The notes: a model not told the origin generated them from the letters alone. A stretch of 64,000 nucleotides of DNA from Eledone cirrhosa (GCA_964016885.1 OZ024741.1:38440001-38504000), one strand, 5' to 3'; positions 15,454 through 28,457 are shown, numbered from the stretch's first letter. Translations and numbers: made by a program.

Positions 15454-15520
15454 GTGGACCAGCAGTACCGTTGGTAGGGTTCGAAACTGCCAAAGTCCAT
15501 CTCAACGGCCGATGACCCCT
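15454..15520 (+). ncRNA. Candidate non-circularly permuted hammerhead (substrate-GAAA-C box order), compact form
   Basis: GCAGT-A-CCGTTG (15462-73) ... GAA-ACTGC (15483-90) ... CAACGG-CCGATGA (15503-15). Extra helices GTGGAC/GTCCAT and AGGG/CCCT. Confidence 0.65.
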
Positions 15521-15688
15521 GGAGTCCTCCGTATTTCGTTTGTATTATTATTTTTTAAAAATAATTTTAAAATAATATATATATATTTTTTAATTTTCCC
15601 TTTTGCCTTGTTTTCGTTTGTTGTCTTATCCTAACTTAGTTAATTTACCTAAGTTTATCATATATATATATATATATAGGGAGAATGA

Positions 15689-15735
<47 letters not shown>

Positions 15736-15744
15736 AGAATGAGA

Positions 15745-15782
<38 letters not shown>

Positions 15783-16036
15783 TATACATATATATATATA
15801 TAAACACACTAGCAAAAACATTGCCCCCGGGCAGATTTCTGCTTGTGTAAGTATACGTGTATTTCGTAATGTATTTATCAATGAATGTAAAAGGAAAACG
15901 ACATTTTTGACATGAAAATGATACCAACTTGTGCTGACGTATTTTGTCTTGCTGTTTATATAATCTAATACAACATATAATTTCTACAAGATGGTGACCT
16001 CAAACGTAATTTATCAAAGATGTCATATGAACCAAT

Positions 16037-16233
16037 ATTGGTTTCTAATTTAGGCCAAAGTCCAATATTGTGGAGGAAGGGAGAGTAGATTACATCGACC
16101 TCAGTTCATTACTGGTACTTTATTTTGTCTACAAAGTAAGGCAAAGTTAACCCCGGCAGGCCATAAAGGGCCATAAACTCTATGCTGCAAATCATGTTGT
16201 CCAATGCTTTACCAATGCCACCAATCCACCGCC
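16037..16233 (-). mobile_element. SINE family A, diverged
   Basis: Reverse-complement match with internal deletions. Confidence 0.75.
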
Positions 16234-16507
16234 CTGTAGGCACCAATAATCAGTGGAGGTATGATTAAAATAGCCCAGCAAAGCACATTCGATGAGATTC
16301 GAAGCCATGCTAATTTTCGAATAAACAAGTATTGTTTTTTAAATTAACTTTCGGATATCCCATAATCTTTCAATTAAAAGAGCGCAGTGTAGTGAATCGC
16401 TTATAATTAAAAGGCAAATTTCTTTCGCGGCGGGATTACGATATGAACCTGCAACGACTTGTTTGACTTTGCAGTTTATTTATTTATTTCAATATTTAAC
16501 TACAAAA

Positions 16508-16942
16508 AGGGCGCTGGATTGGCAGTATCGGTAGAGAGTGGGACGCCATGCTTTGCAGCATGATCTGAGTTCAAATCCCGCTGAGGTTAACTTTGCCTTT
16601 CATCCTTACGGGGTCGATAAAATAAAGTACTAGTCACGCACTGGGATCGATTTAATTGACTTCCTCTCCCCCAAAATTGCTGGCCATGTGCCTATATAAG
16701 AAACCAATATTTAACTACAAAAAGGGCGGTGGATAGGCAGTATCGGTAGAGAGTCAGACACCATGGTTTGCAGCATAGAGTTACAGTCCTTTGCGGTCTG
16801 AGTTCAAAATCCCACCGAGGTTAACTTTGCTTTTCATCCTTACGGGATCGATAAAATAGGGCACCAGTAACATACTGGGGTCGATTTAATCGACTTTCCC
16901 ATCCCTCCAAATCCGCCATGTACCTATACTAGAAATCATTAT
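16508..16942 (+). mobile_element. Two tandem SINE family A copies
   Basis: Two heads near 16510 and 16725; AATATTTAACTACAAAAAGGGCG is duplicated at 16491 and 16706 (TSD-like). Confidence 0.9.
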
Positions 16943-17212
16943 CTAACTACAATACTTATATTTGCTAAAGCAGAAAGCCAGGAGGAAAGAGGACATTTGA
17001 AAATTTAGCCTCCTCAATGCAGAGAACTATAATAATTGTTGATAAGTATAAATAATAGATTTAATCAATCTGGTACAGGAATAGAGACGGAAAAGGGACA
17101 GAAATACTTGCAGGGAATCGAACCCCGCATCTCTTCTATGTCGAGAGAGTAAGTTTAAACATTAGGATAAAATGTCGCCGGACGATAATTACCTTCATTT
17201 TACAAGATTTAA
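16722..17212. repeat. Right arm of the composite inverted duplication
   Basis: Reverse complement of 12443-13080 without the 12598-12785 SINE. Confidence 0.85.
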
Positions 17213-17516
17213 GTTAGAAGCTTAAGGCTTTTAGAAGATTTATGTCTATATGTCTCTTATACTCTTCGGAAGGTCATGTGTGTTACTACCTCCAAAATCC
17301 CACCTACATAAATCTGAGTTCTTCTGCCTATGCAAAAAACCCATATTTCCCGACGCTTGTATGTATGTTCCTATAATTCCTAGGGGAATCGTGGGGACAC
17401 CGTATTGCGACGTTAAACCTTGCGGAACCCATCTTTTCTCCAATCCAAGTCTGAATACAGCAGATTCTTCCAGAGAGAGAGGTGGTGGTGGTGGGGGGGG
17501 GGGGGGGGGGGGGGGG

Positions 17517-17660
17517 TAGACCCCAGTACTTGATTGGTATTTTTTTTATTGACCTCGAATGGATGGAAGGCAAAGTTGACATTGGCGTGATTTGAACTCA
17601 GAGAGCAGAAAGCCGAATCGAATACCACAGAGCACTCTATCAAACGTTCCAACGTCTCTG
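17517..17660 (-). mobile_element. SINE family A, old copy
   Basis: GGATGGAAGGCAAAGTTGAC...GATTTGAACTCAG. Confidence 0.7.
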
Positions 17661-18098
17661 TTAATTCGCTACCTTTTCCCTACGTTTAATTTCTCTAAAC
17701 CTTCCACTGATGTCAGTACTAGCTGGCACATTACAGAGTTATTAGTTATTTCACATTTACGGTGGGTGTTTTAATGTGCCTTAAGCTGCTACGCCTATTA
17801 TTATTAGCGACATGATTATTGCATTATTGGCGACTGCACGACACGCCTTTATCATAAAGAGCCAACTAAAAACTCCTTTGAACTAAGCCATCAATACTGT
17901 ACGCTTCAATGAATTCATCCGTACCATCCCACAATTTTTATAAACGACGCATTGGCTACAATATCTCTCTCTAGCTCACTTTCTCCTGCCGGTGTTGTTT
18001 TCGCTGTGTCATTGAGTCATTGACGATAAACATGTACGAGTGAAGTCAAGCTTGCTGCTCTTGGATCCAGCATATAATACCAATACAAATATCTTACT

Positions 18099-18153
<55 letters not shown>

Positions 18154-18236
18154 ATAATAATAACTTTGAAGACTAAAATTCAAAGAGGGATCGATAAGGA
18201 TAAATATATATCAAATATATAAGAACCGTAGAGCAA

Positions 18237-18382
18237 ATATTTATTAAAATAACAGATTAAAGTTTAAGCAACGAATCGCTGCTTGCACCCTTAACGGGAA
18301 TTTCTGAAAAGAGTTTCAGAAGATCCCGTTAAGGGTGAAAGCACCGATTCTTTGCTTAAACTTTAATCTGTTATTTTAATAA

Positions 18383-18386
<4 letters not shown>
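18237..18386. repeat. Foldback of the CAGAAGA-hammerhead family (73-bp arms, 4-nt loop)
   Basis: Arms 18237-18309 and 18314-18386; (TA)n on both sides. Confidence 0.85.
18312..18362 (+). ncRNA. Hammerhead-like motif with CAGAAGA core variant
   Basis: AGTTT-CAGAAGA-TCCC/GGGT-GAA-AGCA...TGCT-T-AAACT. Confidence 0.5.
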
Positions 18387-18446
<60 letters not shown>

Positions 18447-18536
18447 CCTTACTATTATATATATACAGTGCGTTCCAAAAAATGTATACTCACATCAACC
18501 GGGGACACCTTATATATGTATATATATATATATATA

Positions 18537-18731
18537 GGAGAATGTTCAGGACCACGACGGCAGAGCTCAAGCCGTTTCGAGGGCTATTTCTGAGTCCAGA
18601 AATAGCCGTCGAAACGACTTGAGCTCTGCCGTCGGTGTCCTGAATATTTTCCTATAAACCACTCTACTAACCAAAGTATCGAGTACTATGGTGCGTTCTG
18701 GTCCACCAGGTTCCTTACCACACTTCCTTCG
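18537..18731. repeat. Foldback element, copy 2 (arms 18537-18592/18597-18652 plus tail)
   Basis: Homologous to 1015-1213. Confidence 0.85.
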
Positions 18732-19059
18732 TTATATATATATATATTATTTCCATTGGGTATTTCATACGCAGTATCTCGATGCAACGTATATACACAC
18801 ACAAATTCACAGACATGCGCGCACACATAGACACACAAACACACTGACATACTCATACACGCAGATACGCGCGCATATACACACACATATATGTATGGTA
18901 AAAATATATTTGTATAAATGGTGGGTGTGTAACGGAGACCTCAGCCATATGTGTATAAACATACGTATTTTTAATATGTAGACATCTAATCAGGCCAGAA
19001 AATACGAAATACGAATTTCCCTGTAAATTGAAATAATGAGAAGCACCATTAATCGATGT

Positions 19060-19133
<74 letters not shown>

Positions 19134-19283
19134 ACATATATGCACGTATCAGTTATATATATATGCATGCTACTGTACGTCTGTATACATATATGTATGT
19201 ACGTATACACACATACTTACATTTAAGTAAGTGCCATACTAAGAGTGAGAAATGAAATTTCGTTTTCATTTTATTTCAACTTA

Positions 19284-19368
<85 letters not shown>

Positions 19369-19428
19369 CACACACATTATACATATACACATATACACGT
19401 ATATATATACATATACATATATATATAC

Positions 19429-19505
<77 letters not shown>

Positions 19506-19536
19506 TATATATACATATATATACATATATATACAT

Positions 19537-19583
<47 letters not shown>

Positions 19584-19652
19584 CATATATACATATATAC
19601 ATATATACAGTTTCAGAAGATCCCGTTAAGGGTGAAAGCAGCGATTCTTTAC

Positions 19653-19685
<33 letters not shown>

Positions 19686-19772
19686 AATATATACATAAAT
19701 ATATATACATATATATATACATATATATACACGTATATATATATGTATATACATGTATATATATATATGTGT

Positions 19773-19828
<56 letters not shown>

Positions 19829-19844
19829 TAAAATAACAGATTAA

Positions 19845-19895
19845 AGTTTAAGCAAAGAATCGCTGCTTTCACCCTTAACGGGATCTTCTGAAACT
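19845..19895 (-). ncRNA. Hammerhead-like motif with CAGAAGA core variant (intact copy)
   Basis: Reverse complement reads AGTTT CAGAAGA TCCC GTTAA GGGT GAAA GCAG CGATTCT TTGC TT AAACT. Confidence 0.55.
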
Positions 19896-20773
19896 AACAA
19901 AGTCAATCTGTAAACGCAGAACTGAATATTTCAAAAAACGTTGCAACCGGAGGAAGACAGGAAGACGATAGTTTGGTTCGTGGTAACGTTCGCTGGCAAA
20001 GAACAGGAAAAAACGAATAATATGTCATTAATAGGAGCGGTGATAAAATAAAGTACCAGTAATGTACTGGATAATTGCTGGCCTTGTGCCTAAAATAGAA
20101 ACAATTAATAGGAGCGGTGAAAAACAATTACGCGCAAAGACAGAACCACGTTTATGGTATAAAAGAGGTCGTAGACTAATGTTCTCTGAAGTGGTGCATA
20201 GAGACGTTCTCTGGCAATGAACGAAAAAACGAAGATAATAAGTCATATGTGGTGCGTGGAGAACAATAGCACGCAAAGAAAAGCCACGTAAATGGTATAG
20301 CATAAGTCGTAGACTAAAATTCTAACTAGGAGACCGAATGAATCTCCGCTACAGAGTTAAGAACAAAGTAAATAAATACAATACAGAAGTAATAGAAACA
20401 AATAAATACATACACGCAAACAGATACGTACATACACAAGCATACGCAAAACCTTACCATAGGTATACAAAACCACACACATATAAATATATGTGTGTGT
20501 GTATGCTTGTGTACAAATAAATAAATAATTATATAAACGTATATAAGTAAATAAATACGTATATAACAAGCGCACACGCATACCTACATATAAATACACG
20601 AATGTTCGGAGACGTAAGTCAACTAAAACAAGAAGTACACATATACACACACCCGCCATACGTACGAACCTGCATACTCACGCAGACGTAAAACTCCCGT
20701 ATACACATAGCCAAACCCTAAATACCAGAATGTGTAAAAATTATACGCCATAACATATATATAAAAGAAAACT

Positions 20774-21085
20774 TTTTTCGCTCTACATAGCTGAATACAA
20801 TAAATGTAATCTCAGTTTTTCGAATATTAATAATAACATTCGATTCGTTTGCAATTATGCAAACAAGCCTCATTTTTAAAGCCATGTCAGTAGAATGAAC
20901 CCCTCATTGTTGCTCTTGTGTTGGCATGTAAACAGAACTGCAGACATTAATATTTCCAGGTTCATTCAACTGACATGGCTTTAAAAATCAGGCTTGTTTG
21001 CATAATTGCAAACGAATCGAATGTTATTATTAATATTCGAGAAACTCAGATTACATTTATAGTATTCAGCCATGTAGAGCGAAAA

Positions 21086-21087
<2 letters not shown>
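20774..21087. mobile_element. Foldback MITE, ~128-bp TIRs around a ~57-bp spacer, in (TA)n
   Basis: Arms 20774-20902 and 20959-21087. A second copy with the same spacer lies in the opposite orientation at 24582-24885, and a partial copy at 28455-28547. Confidence 0.8.
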
Positions 21088-21155
<68 letters not shown>

Positions 21156-21362
21156 TGATATTTCGCTCCTTATAACAGTCTTTCCTCTATCTCTGTTTGG
21201 TTGAGCACACCTCTCTGAGTGGTTTTGGGCTGCCCTTTCTAGCAGCTCGTCCCTCAGAGACCACTTGTTCACTGCTCTTAAACACGTTATGACCTCTCTC
21301 TCCCATGTGTAGCTGTACGGTCGCTTTAAATTCTCTTAGTGTTGTCTGAAATGTATAGCCTT

Positions 21363-21445
21363 ACACACGCTGATGAACTATGGGTTATTTCATTTCTGTC
21401 AACAACTTACTGGCGAAACAGATCTCTTTGGATCTGTACGTGTGT
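21363..21445 (+). ncRNA. Full type I hammerhead ribozyme
   Basis: ACACACG-CTGATGA-[stem II]-GAAA-CAGATC/GATCTG-TA-CGTGTGT: perfect 7-bp stem I, stable stem III, GUA cleavage triplet. The first stem II pair is an A-C mismatch. Confidence 0.85.
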
Positions 21446-21610
21446 TATACAGATATAGAGGTATGTATTTACACTTTAATTTATATTTTTAATTATCGTG
21501 TGTCTACTCTGCCTTTCATAGGTTATAGATTCCATACACTGGTGGTTTTTCCCTGTTTTATAGATAGCGCACTGTATCTCTCTCTAGTGTGTTACCTTTT
21601 CAACATATTG

Positions 21611-21748
<138 letters not shown>

Positions 21749-21752
21749 GTGT

Positions 21753-22027
21753 GGAGGCACGTGGCCTAGTGGTAAGGGTGTTGGACTTACGATCATAATG
21801 TCGTGGGCTCGATACCTGGGCTGCGTGTTGTGTTCTTGAGCAAAACTCTTCATTTCACGTTGCTCCAGTATACTCAGCTGAAAATGAGTACCAGCAATAG
21901 ATGGAGGTTTAATCCTGCGATGGACCGGCATCCTGTCCAGCGGGGAGTCTTGTACTCTCAGTCGCTTCACGCCATGAAACCGGGATAAGCACCGGCCAAA
22001 TGAGCCCTCTGGCTTAAGACAGACTTT

Positions 22028-22034
<7 letters not shown>
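21753..22034 (+). mobile_element. tRNA-derived SINE, family B (CORE-like middle)
   Basis: A-box TGGCCTAGTGG, B-box GGCTCGATACC, TTCTTGAGCAAAACTCTTCATTTCACGTTGCTCC segment, (AGACTTT)2 tail. Confidence 0.85.
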
Positions 22035-22065
<31 letters not shown>

Positions 22066-22073
22066 CATATATA

Positions 22074-24519
22074 CGGGTGTGTATGATTGTGTATAGAAGA
22101 TTATATTAATAAAAGGAATTCCAACTTTGTCTGATTTACTCGTTTTATTTAAAATCCTTTAAAATTATAATGATATTACCGTCAAATATAGACCACAACA
22201 TCATGAAGAAGATCAACAACCTGGCTTCAAAATTCTACAACTCACTTACTGATAATGAAAGAGACTACATCACCAGTTTTGAGCCAAAACCCAGCAACTT
22301 TTGTGGCTTACCGAAAATTCATGTCAAAAGAAATCCAACTGGCAGTAAAAGAATAAAAAAGTGAGTATATTAAATTACTACACCCCAAAGACTTAAAACT
22401 TAGACCTATTATAGCTGGTCCAACATGCCCTACCCACCGTCTAAGCAATTTTGTTGACATTATTTTGAAACCACCATGTATTTCCATACCCAGTTTCATC
22501 CCAGATGATATCGACTTCCTGTCCCAACTTCCCAAAACCACGGAAACGAATTTACTTCTACTTAGTTTTGATGTGGTAAGCATTTACACCAACATTATAC
22601 ATGATTTAGGAATAAAGGTGGTTAAATACTGGGTGGAAAAACAGAGAGTAGTGATACCCACCTGATTCACAGTGCCATTTATATTAGACGCAGTCAGACT
22701 TATTCTGGAAAACAACATATTCTTCGTCAATGGAAAGAATTACATCCAAATTAGAGGCACAGCGATGGGGACGAAGTTTGTTCCCGTTTACGCGAACTCT
22801 GTAATGGGATAATTAGAACAACAACTCAACCAAGGGATAGAGGAAAAATATAGAACTGAATTTAGAAAGTACATTGAAAAGTCTTGGAAGAGATACTTTG
22901 ACGACTGTTTCATCATCTGGACAGAATCTCCAGATACTCTGGATGAGTTCAATATCCTTCTGAATAACCTACACCCATCTCTCCAATTTACAAAAGAGAT
23001 GAGTAGTACCAAATTACCATTCCTAGATATAATGGTAATCAAAAACGACACCACCATTACCACGGATATATACTATAAACACACAGACACCCATCAATAT
23101 CTGAATTTTAAGCCGTGCCATCCACCTCATATAAAACGCAACATCCCATACTGCCTAGCCAAAAGAATTTGTACCATTGTAGAAGATACCAGGAACAAAC
23201 GCCTAACAGAACTGAGAGAATTTTTGCTCAAACAAAAATACCCACCTCTACTTATAGAAAATGGCATACACTGGGCTATAAAAATACCTATACAACAACT
23301 TAGGTCAACCCAAGGAAGAAGAAACCAAGAACTGGTCATACCATTTATAATGACACACAACCCATGTCACCAGAATATCTTTAACACCGCTAAAGCAAAC
23401 CTACCGATCATTGCTCAAAGTAATGAATTAAAAAGTTTAATCACAGACCGATCTTTGACTCTTAGTAAAAGACAGCCGAAAAATTTGAATCAATTACTAA
23501 CAAAGGCAAAGTTTTCCCTTAATAACAAAGACCAATCATTAACTGTATCTAAATGCAATGATAGTCGATGTGGCACATGTCAATCCATACACACTGGTCA
23601 ATATATGAAAACAAAAACTGGAAAAAATATTCCCGAAACCAAATATGAACTGCAAAAGCAGAAATCTAATTTACTGCATTAAATGCCCGAATTATGAAGA
23701 ACTATATGTCGGTCAATCTGGAAATGCACTATCGGAACGTGCACGGGTGCACCGACAGCAAATCAGAGACCCAAATGTCCGTCAGATACCCCTGAGTAAC
23801 CATCTAGCAACATGTGGTCAGAAAATATTTATAATATTTCCATTCTACAAACTACACAGCCCAAGTGAAATCAAGAGAAAAATTAAAGAAAAGAATTTTA
23901 TTGATGAATTCCAACCCAAGCTAAATGAAAATAATAATGCTTAGGGGTATTACTTCTACTATGACTACGCCTATAACCATGTCGACTGCCACCACTAACA
24001 ACAATAACAATAGTAATAATAAAAGTGATGTTGATGTTGATGATTACTGAAGATTTTTTATAAAAACCCTAGTAAATCCTATTTTCATCATTTCTAAAAA
24101 TAGCAAAACAATTGAAGCTTTGGATAGGGTCAAATAGATGTCGTTATACATGCTCAATCAGACCTGATGCCTAAACTAATCAGCTTTAGTAATCTAGTGA
24201 AACCACACAGCGATTGGTCGAAATACAGTTTGCAAAACTTAGCATTCTGTAGCCCCTTTTTACTGTATATAAGGCTCAGATTTTAGCCATCTCATTACAG
24301 TTGAATATTGACAACTTGACTGTCACCACTGAATATGAACCTGCGATTGCGAAAGCATGAAACTACTTGTTCAATTAACACTTAACATTTAATGTTCTAC
24401 CATAATATTTCATTCTAATATCATTATAATTTTAAAGGATTGTAAATAAAACGAGTAAATCAGACAAAGTTGGAATTCCTTTTATTAATATAATCTTCTA
24501 TACACAATAATACACACCC

Positions 24520-24522
<3 letters not shown>
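22074..24522 (+). mobile_element. 5'-truncated Neptune-type Penelope-like element with inverted terminal repeat
   Basis: 22074-22178 is the reverse complement of 24418-24522. It encloses the decayed RT-GIY-YIG ORF and is flanked by (TA)n. Confidence 0.93.
22179..23944 (+). pseudogene. Disrupted PLE reverse transcriptase-GIY-YIG endonuclease ORF
   Basis: GLPKIH, LRPII, SFDVVSIYTNI, QIRGTAMG, RYFDDC (22891), LPFLD, CHP, Cys linker CNDSRCGTC, then NLIYCIKC...YVGQSG...R...H...PKLN. At least 2 stops and 2 frameshifts. Confidence 0.93.
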
Positions 24523-24581
<59 letters not shown>

Positions 24582-24583
<2 letters not shown>

Positions 24584-24885
24584 CTCTATATGGCTGAATA
24601 CAATAAATGTAATCTGAGTTTCTCGAATATTAATAATAACAATCGATTCGTTTGCAATTATGCAAACAAGCCTCATGTCAGTTGAATGAACCCGGAAATA
24701 TTAGTGTCTGCAGTTCTGTTTACATGCCAACACACGAGCAACAATGAGGGGTTCATTCTACTGACACGGCTTTAAAAATGAGGCTTGTTTGCATAATTGC
24801 GAATGAATCGATTGTATTTATTTATATCCATCAACTCAGATTACATTTATTGTATTCAGCCATGTAGAGCGAAAAAAGTACTCTT
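24582..24885. mobile_element. Foldback MITE, copy 2
   Basis: Same TIRs and spacer as 20774-21087, reversed. Confidence 0.8.
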
Positions 24886-24912
24886 TATATATATATATAT
24901 ATATATATATAT

Positions 24913-24948
24913 GCAGCGATTCTTTGTTTAAACATTAATGTTATTTTA

Positions 24949-25042
<94 letters not shown>

Positions 25043-25450
25043 TAAAATAACAGATTAATGTTTAAACAAAGAATCGCTGCATTCACCCTTAACGGGATCT
25101 TCTGAAACTAAAAATATCAATCTGTGACCGCAGAAGTAGATATTTCGAAAAACGTTGCAACCGAAGGAAGACAGGAAGACGATACTTTGGTTCGTGGAAA
25201 CGTTCCCTGGTAAAGAACGGGAAAAAATGAAGATAATACGTCATAATTAGGAGCGAGGAAAACAATTACAATTACTTCGCTTGTAACGTTTTTCGAAATA
25301 TTTACTCTGCGTTCACAGAGTGATATTTTTAGTTTCAGAAGATCCCGTTAAGGGTGAAAGTAGCGATTCTTTGCTTAAACTTTTATCTGTTATTTTAATA
25401 AATATTTTCTCTATGGTTCTTATATATTTGATATATATTTATCCTTATCG
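24913..25450. repeat. Three alternating-orientation pieces of the CAGAAGA-hammerhead family
   Basis: + 24913-24953, (TA)n, - 25037-25273, + 25275-25450; motif at 25331-25381. Confidence 0.8.
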
Positions 25451-25503
25451 AGAAAACTGAACTATCCACAAGTGTTTTTTAACCTTCATATCATGTCCTC
25501 CTG

Positions 25504-25570
25504 TTTTATCTGATGAAAACACAAATATTATTGCATGATGATATTTGTTTTTGAAATGCGCATAATAAAA
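25504..25570 (+). ncRNA. Minimal type I hammerhead ribozyme
   Basis: TTTTAT-CTGATGA-[CAAATATTA/TGATATTTG stem II]-GAA-ATGCGCAT (palindrome)-A-ATAAAA. Confidence 0.8.
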
Positions 25571-25600
25571 TACATGGAACTCTTTTAACCATCTTTTGTT

Positions 25601-25643
<43 letters not shown>

Positions 25644-25744
25644 CAACCGTTTCTTCCATAGATTATAGATTCCATAGACTGGTGGTTTCCCTATTTTATT
25701 GATGGCGCACTATCTCTCTCTAGTGTTACCTTTTCAACATATTG

Positions 25745-26358
<614 letters not shown>

Positions 26359-26405
26359 AGTGACGAAAACATAAGTCAATTGCATGAACTCATAGTCCTT
26401 TATTT

Positions 26406-26461
26406 ACTGCTATATATATTTCGATGATAGCCATTGAATGTCTATGACCTCATCAGGAAGT
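26406..26461 (-). ncRNA. Minimal type I hammerhead
   Basis: Reverse complement ACTTC-CTGATGA-stem II-GAA-ATATATAT-A-GCAGT. Confidence 0.7.
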
Positions 26462-27191
26462 TTGTCAGTTCTTAGATATGCCAGGACATATGAGCTTGTT
26501 AGGAATAATTTAATATTGTCACCAGGAATAGTCTTAATTCTCATTGGCCAGTTTGTAGGTGCTAGTAGGGTTAGTATATGACCTCAAAGAGGCAGGTGGT
26601 GTTGTAAAGTTCAAACCGTCAGGCAAGATGACAATAGTTCCATATGACTGATTTTCACACAAAGCATTCCTGGTCAGATATATATTCAATTAAGGTTAAT
26701 AGTATGACTCTAACCATTATTTTAAGTATTACAACCCCACATTAATTCCTCAATTTGTATGTGTGGATGTGTGTGTGTGCCTGTGGAGGTGGGTGTGAGT
26801 GTACGTGCAAGCCAACCTACATAAGTAAATTTTCTACTCTAACCATAATTTTCAGTAGCACCACTATACATAAATTCCTCAATTTAAGAATGACCTGTAG
26901 TATCTATTTCATACTATTAACCTTAATTGAATATATATTTGACCAGGAATGCTTTGTGTGAAAATCAGTCATATGGAACTATTGTCATCTTGCCTGACGG
27001 TTTGAACTTTACAACACCACCTTCCTCTTTGAGGTCAAATACCAACCCTACTAGCACCTACAAACTGACCAATGAGAATTAAGACTATTCCTGCTGACAA
27101 CATTAAATTATTCCTAACAAGCTCATATGTCCCAAGGCTCTGATACCATCAACACTATAAACACAGAGCTGGCATATCTAAGAATTAACTA

Positions 27192-27247
27192 ATTGCCTGA
27201 TGAGGTCATAGCCATTTAATGGCTATCATCGAAATATATATAGCTGT
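27192..27247 (+). ncRNA. Minimal type I hammerhead
   Basis: ATTGC-CTGATGA-[ATAGCCA/TGGCTAT]-GAA-ATATATAT-A-GCTGT. The consensus of the two arms restores stem I as ACTGC/GCAGT. Confidence 0.7.
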
Positions 27248-27379
27248 AAATAAAGAATTATGAGTTCATGCAATTGACTTATGTTTTCGTCACTATTATA
27301 ACTCCGGAACTTATATCTTCGTTGAGTGCTCCCTATCCGCATACTGAAGTACTGGATTTTACCAACACTTACTTCCTTG

Positions 27380-27469
<90 letters not shown>

Positions 27470-27596
27470 AAGTGTTAAAACGATCAAATTCTAATTTAGA
27501 ACACTTATTAGTTGACAATTATTTCTTCCAGAGGCAAGTCTGGAATCATCGGAGCATAAGGAGTATCGAAAATGTGTATATATATATGCATATGAT

Positions 27597-28345
27597 AATC
27601 GGAATTAAGAGTATTCCGCAGTTCACAGTAATAATAATCATATTAGCTCAAAGAGGAATAGAGAATTTTCTTCTGAGCTCAGATACAAATATATTACACA
27701 AAGAGAAGTGTGTTACACAGTGAGATGTGTGTAAAGAATTATTACAAGTGAGTTTTACCGTTACTGTATAGAAAACAATATCTACAGGTTTAGCAATTAA
27801 ATAGAAAAAAACTAAGTCAGAATCAAATCACTGAAGTAGAGTTTTAAATTACCAACCTTATAACTATAAGTTTGCTGATACGAATCAAGTTCGTTTCCCC
27901 ACAGAAATGTGCAGTTTAACAGCCACAGGTTTATCAGTCAGCAAATGTGGATTCTGTTTACTACACATCTAACCTCATGGATAGAGAGAAAGCTGATATA
28001 CACGCTGCCCAGGATAGGGCGAAATCACGTGTTATTTGCATCAAATAACGGCTCTCATGGATTGGGGAAAATGCTAAAGAGTGCAGCCCAAACATTCGAA
28101 TTTATTAGCTCAACAATTTGGAGTTCGTTAAGTGTACGATAATCGGCATTAAGAGTATTCCGCAGTTCACAGTAATAATAATAATATTACCTCAAAGAGA
28201 AATAGAGAATTTTCTTCTGAGCTCAGATACAAATATATTACACAAAGAGAAGTGTGTTACACCGTGAAATGTGTGTAAAGAATTATTACAAGTGAGTTTT
28301 ACCGTTACTGTATAGAAAACAATATCTACAGGTTTAGCAATTAAA
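27597..28345. repeat. Partial tandem unit, 544-bp period, between (TA)n tracts
   Basis: 27597-27803 recurs at 28141-28345; a degenerate hammerhead-like motif lies at ~27989-28040. Confidence 0.8.
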
Positions 28346-28352
28346 TACACAG

Positions 28353-28457
<105 letters not shown>

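Noticed and set aside
17220-17475. R2/R4-like endonuclease tail on the minus strand (VPTIPLGIIGT)
   Set aside because: Similarity is too weak to support without a search.
24190-24375. Hammerheads in the PLE 3' region (CTAGTGA...GAAATACAG; CTGAATA...GAAAC)
   Set aside because: Core boxes and stem I are too degenerate to call, although the position would fit.
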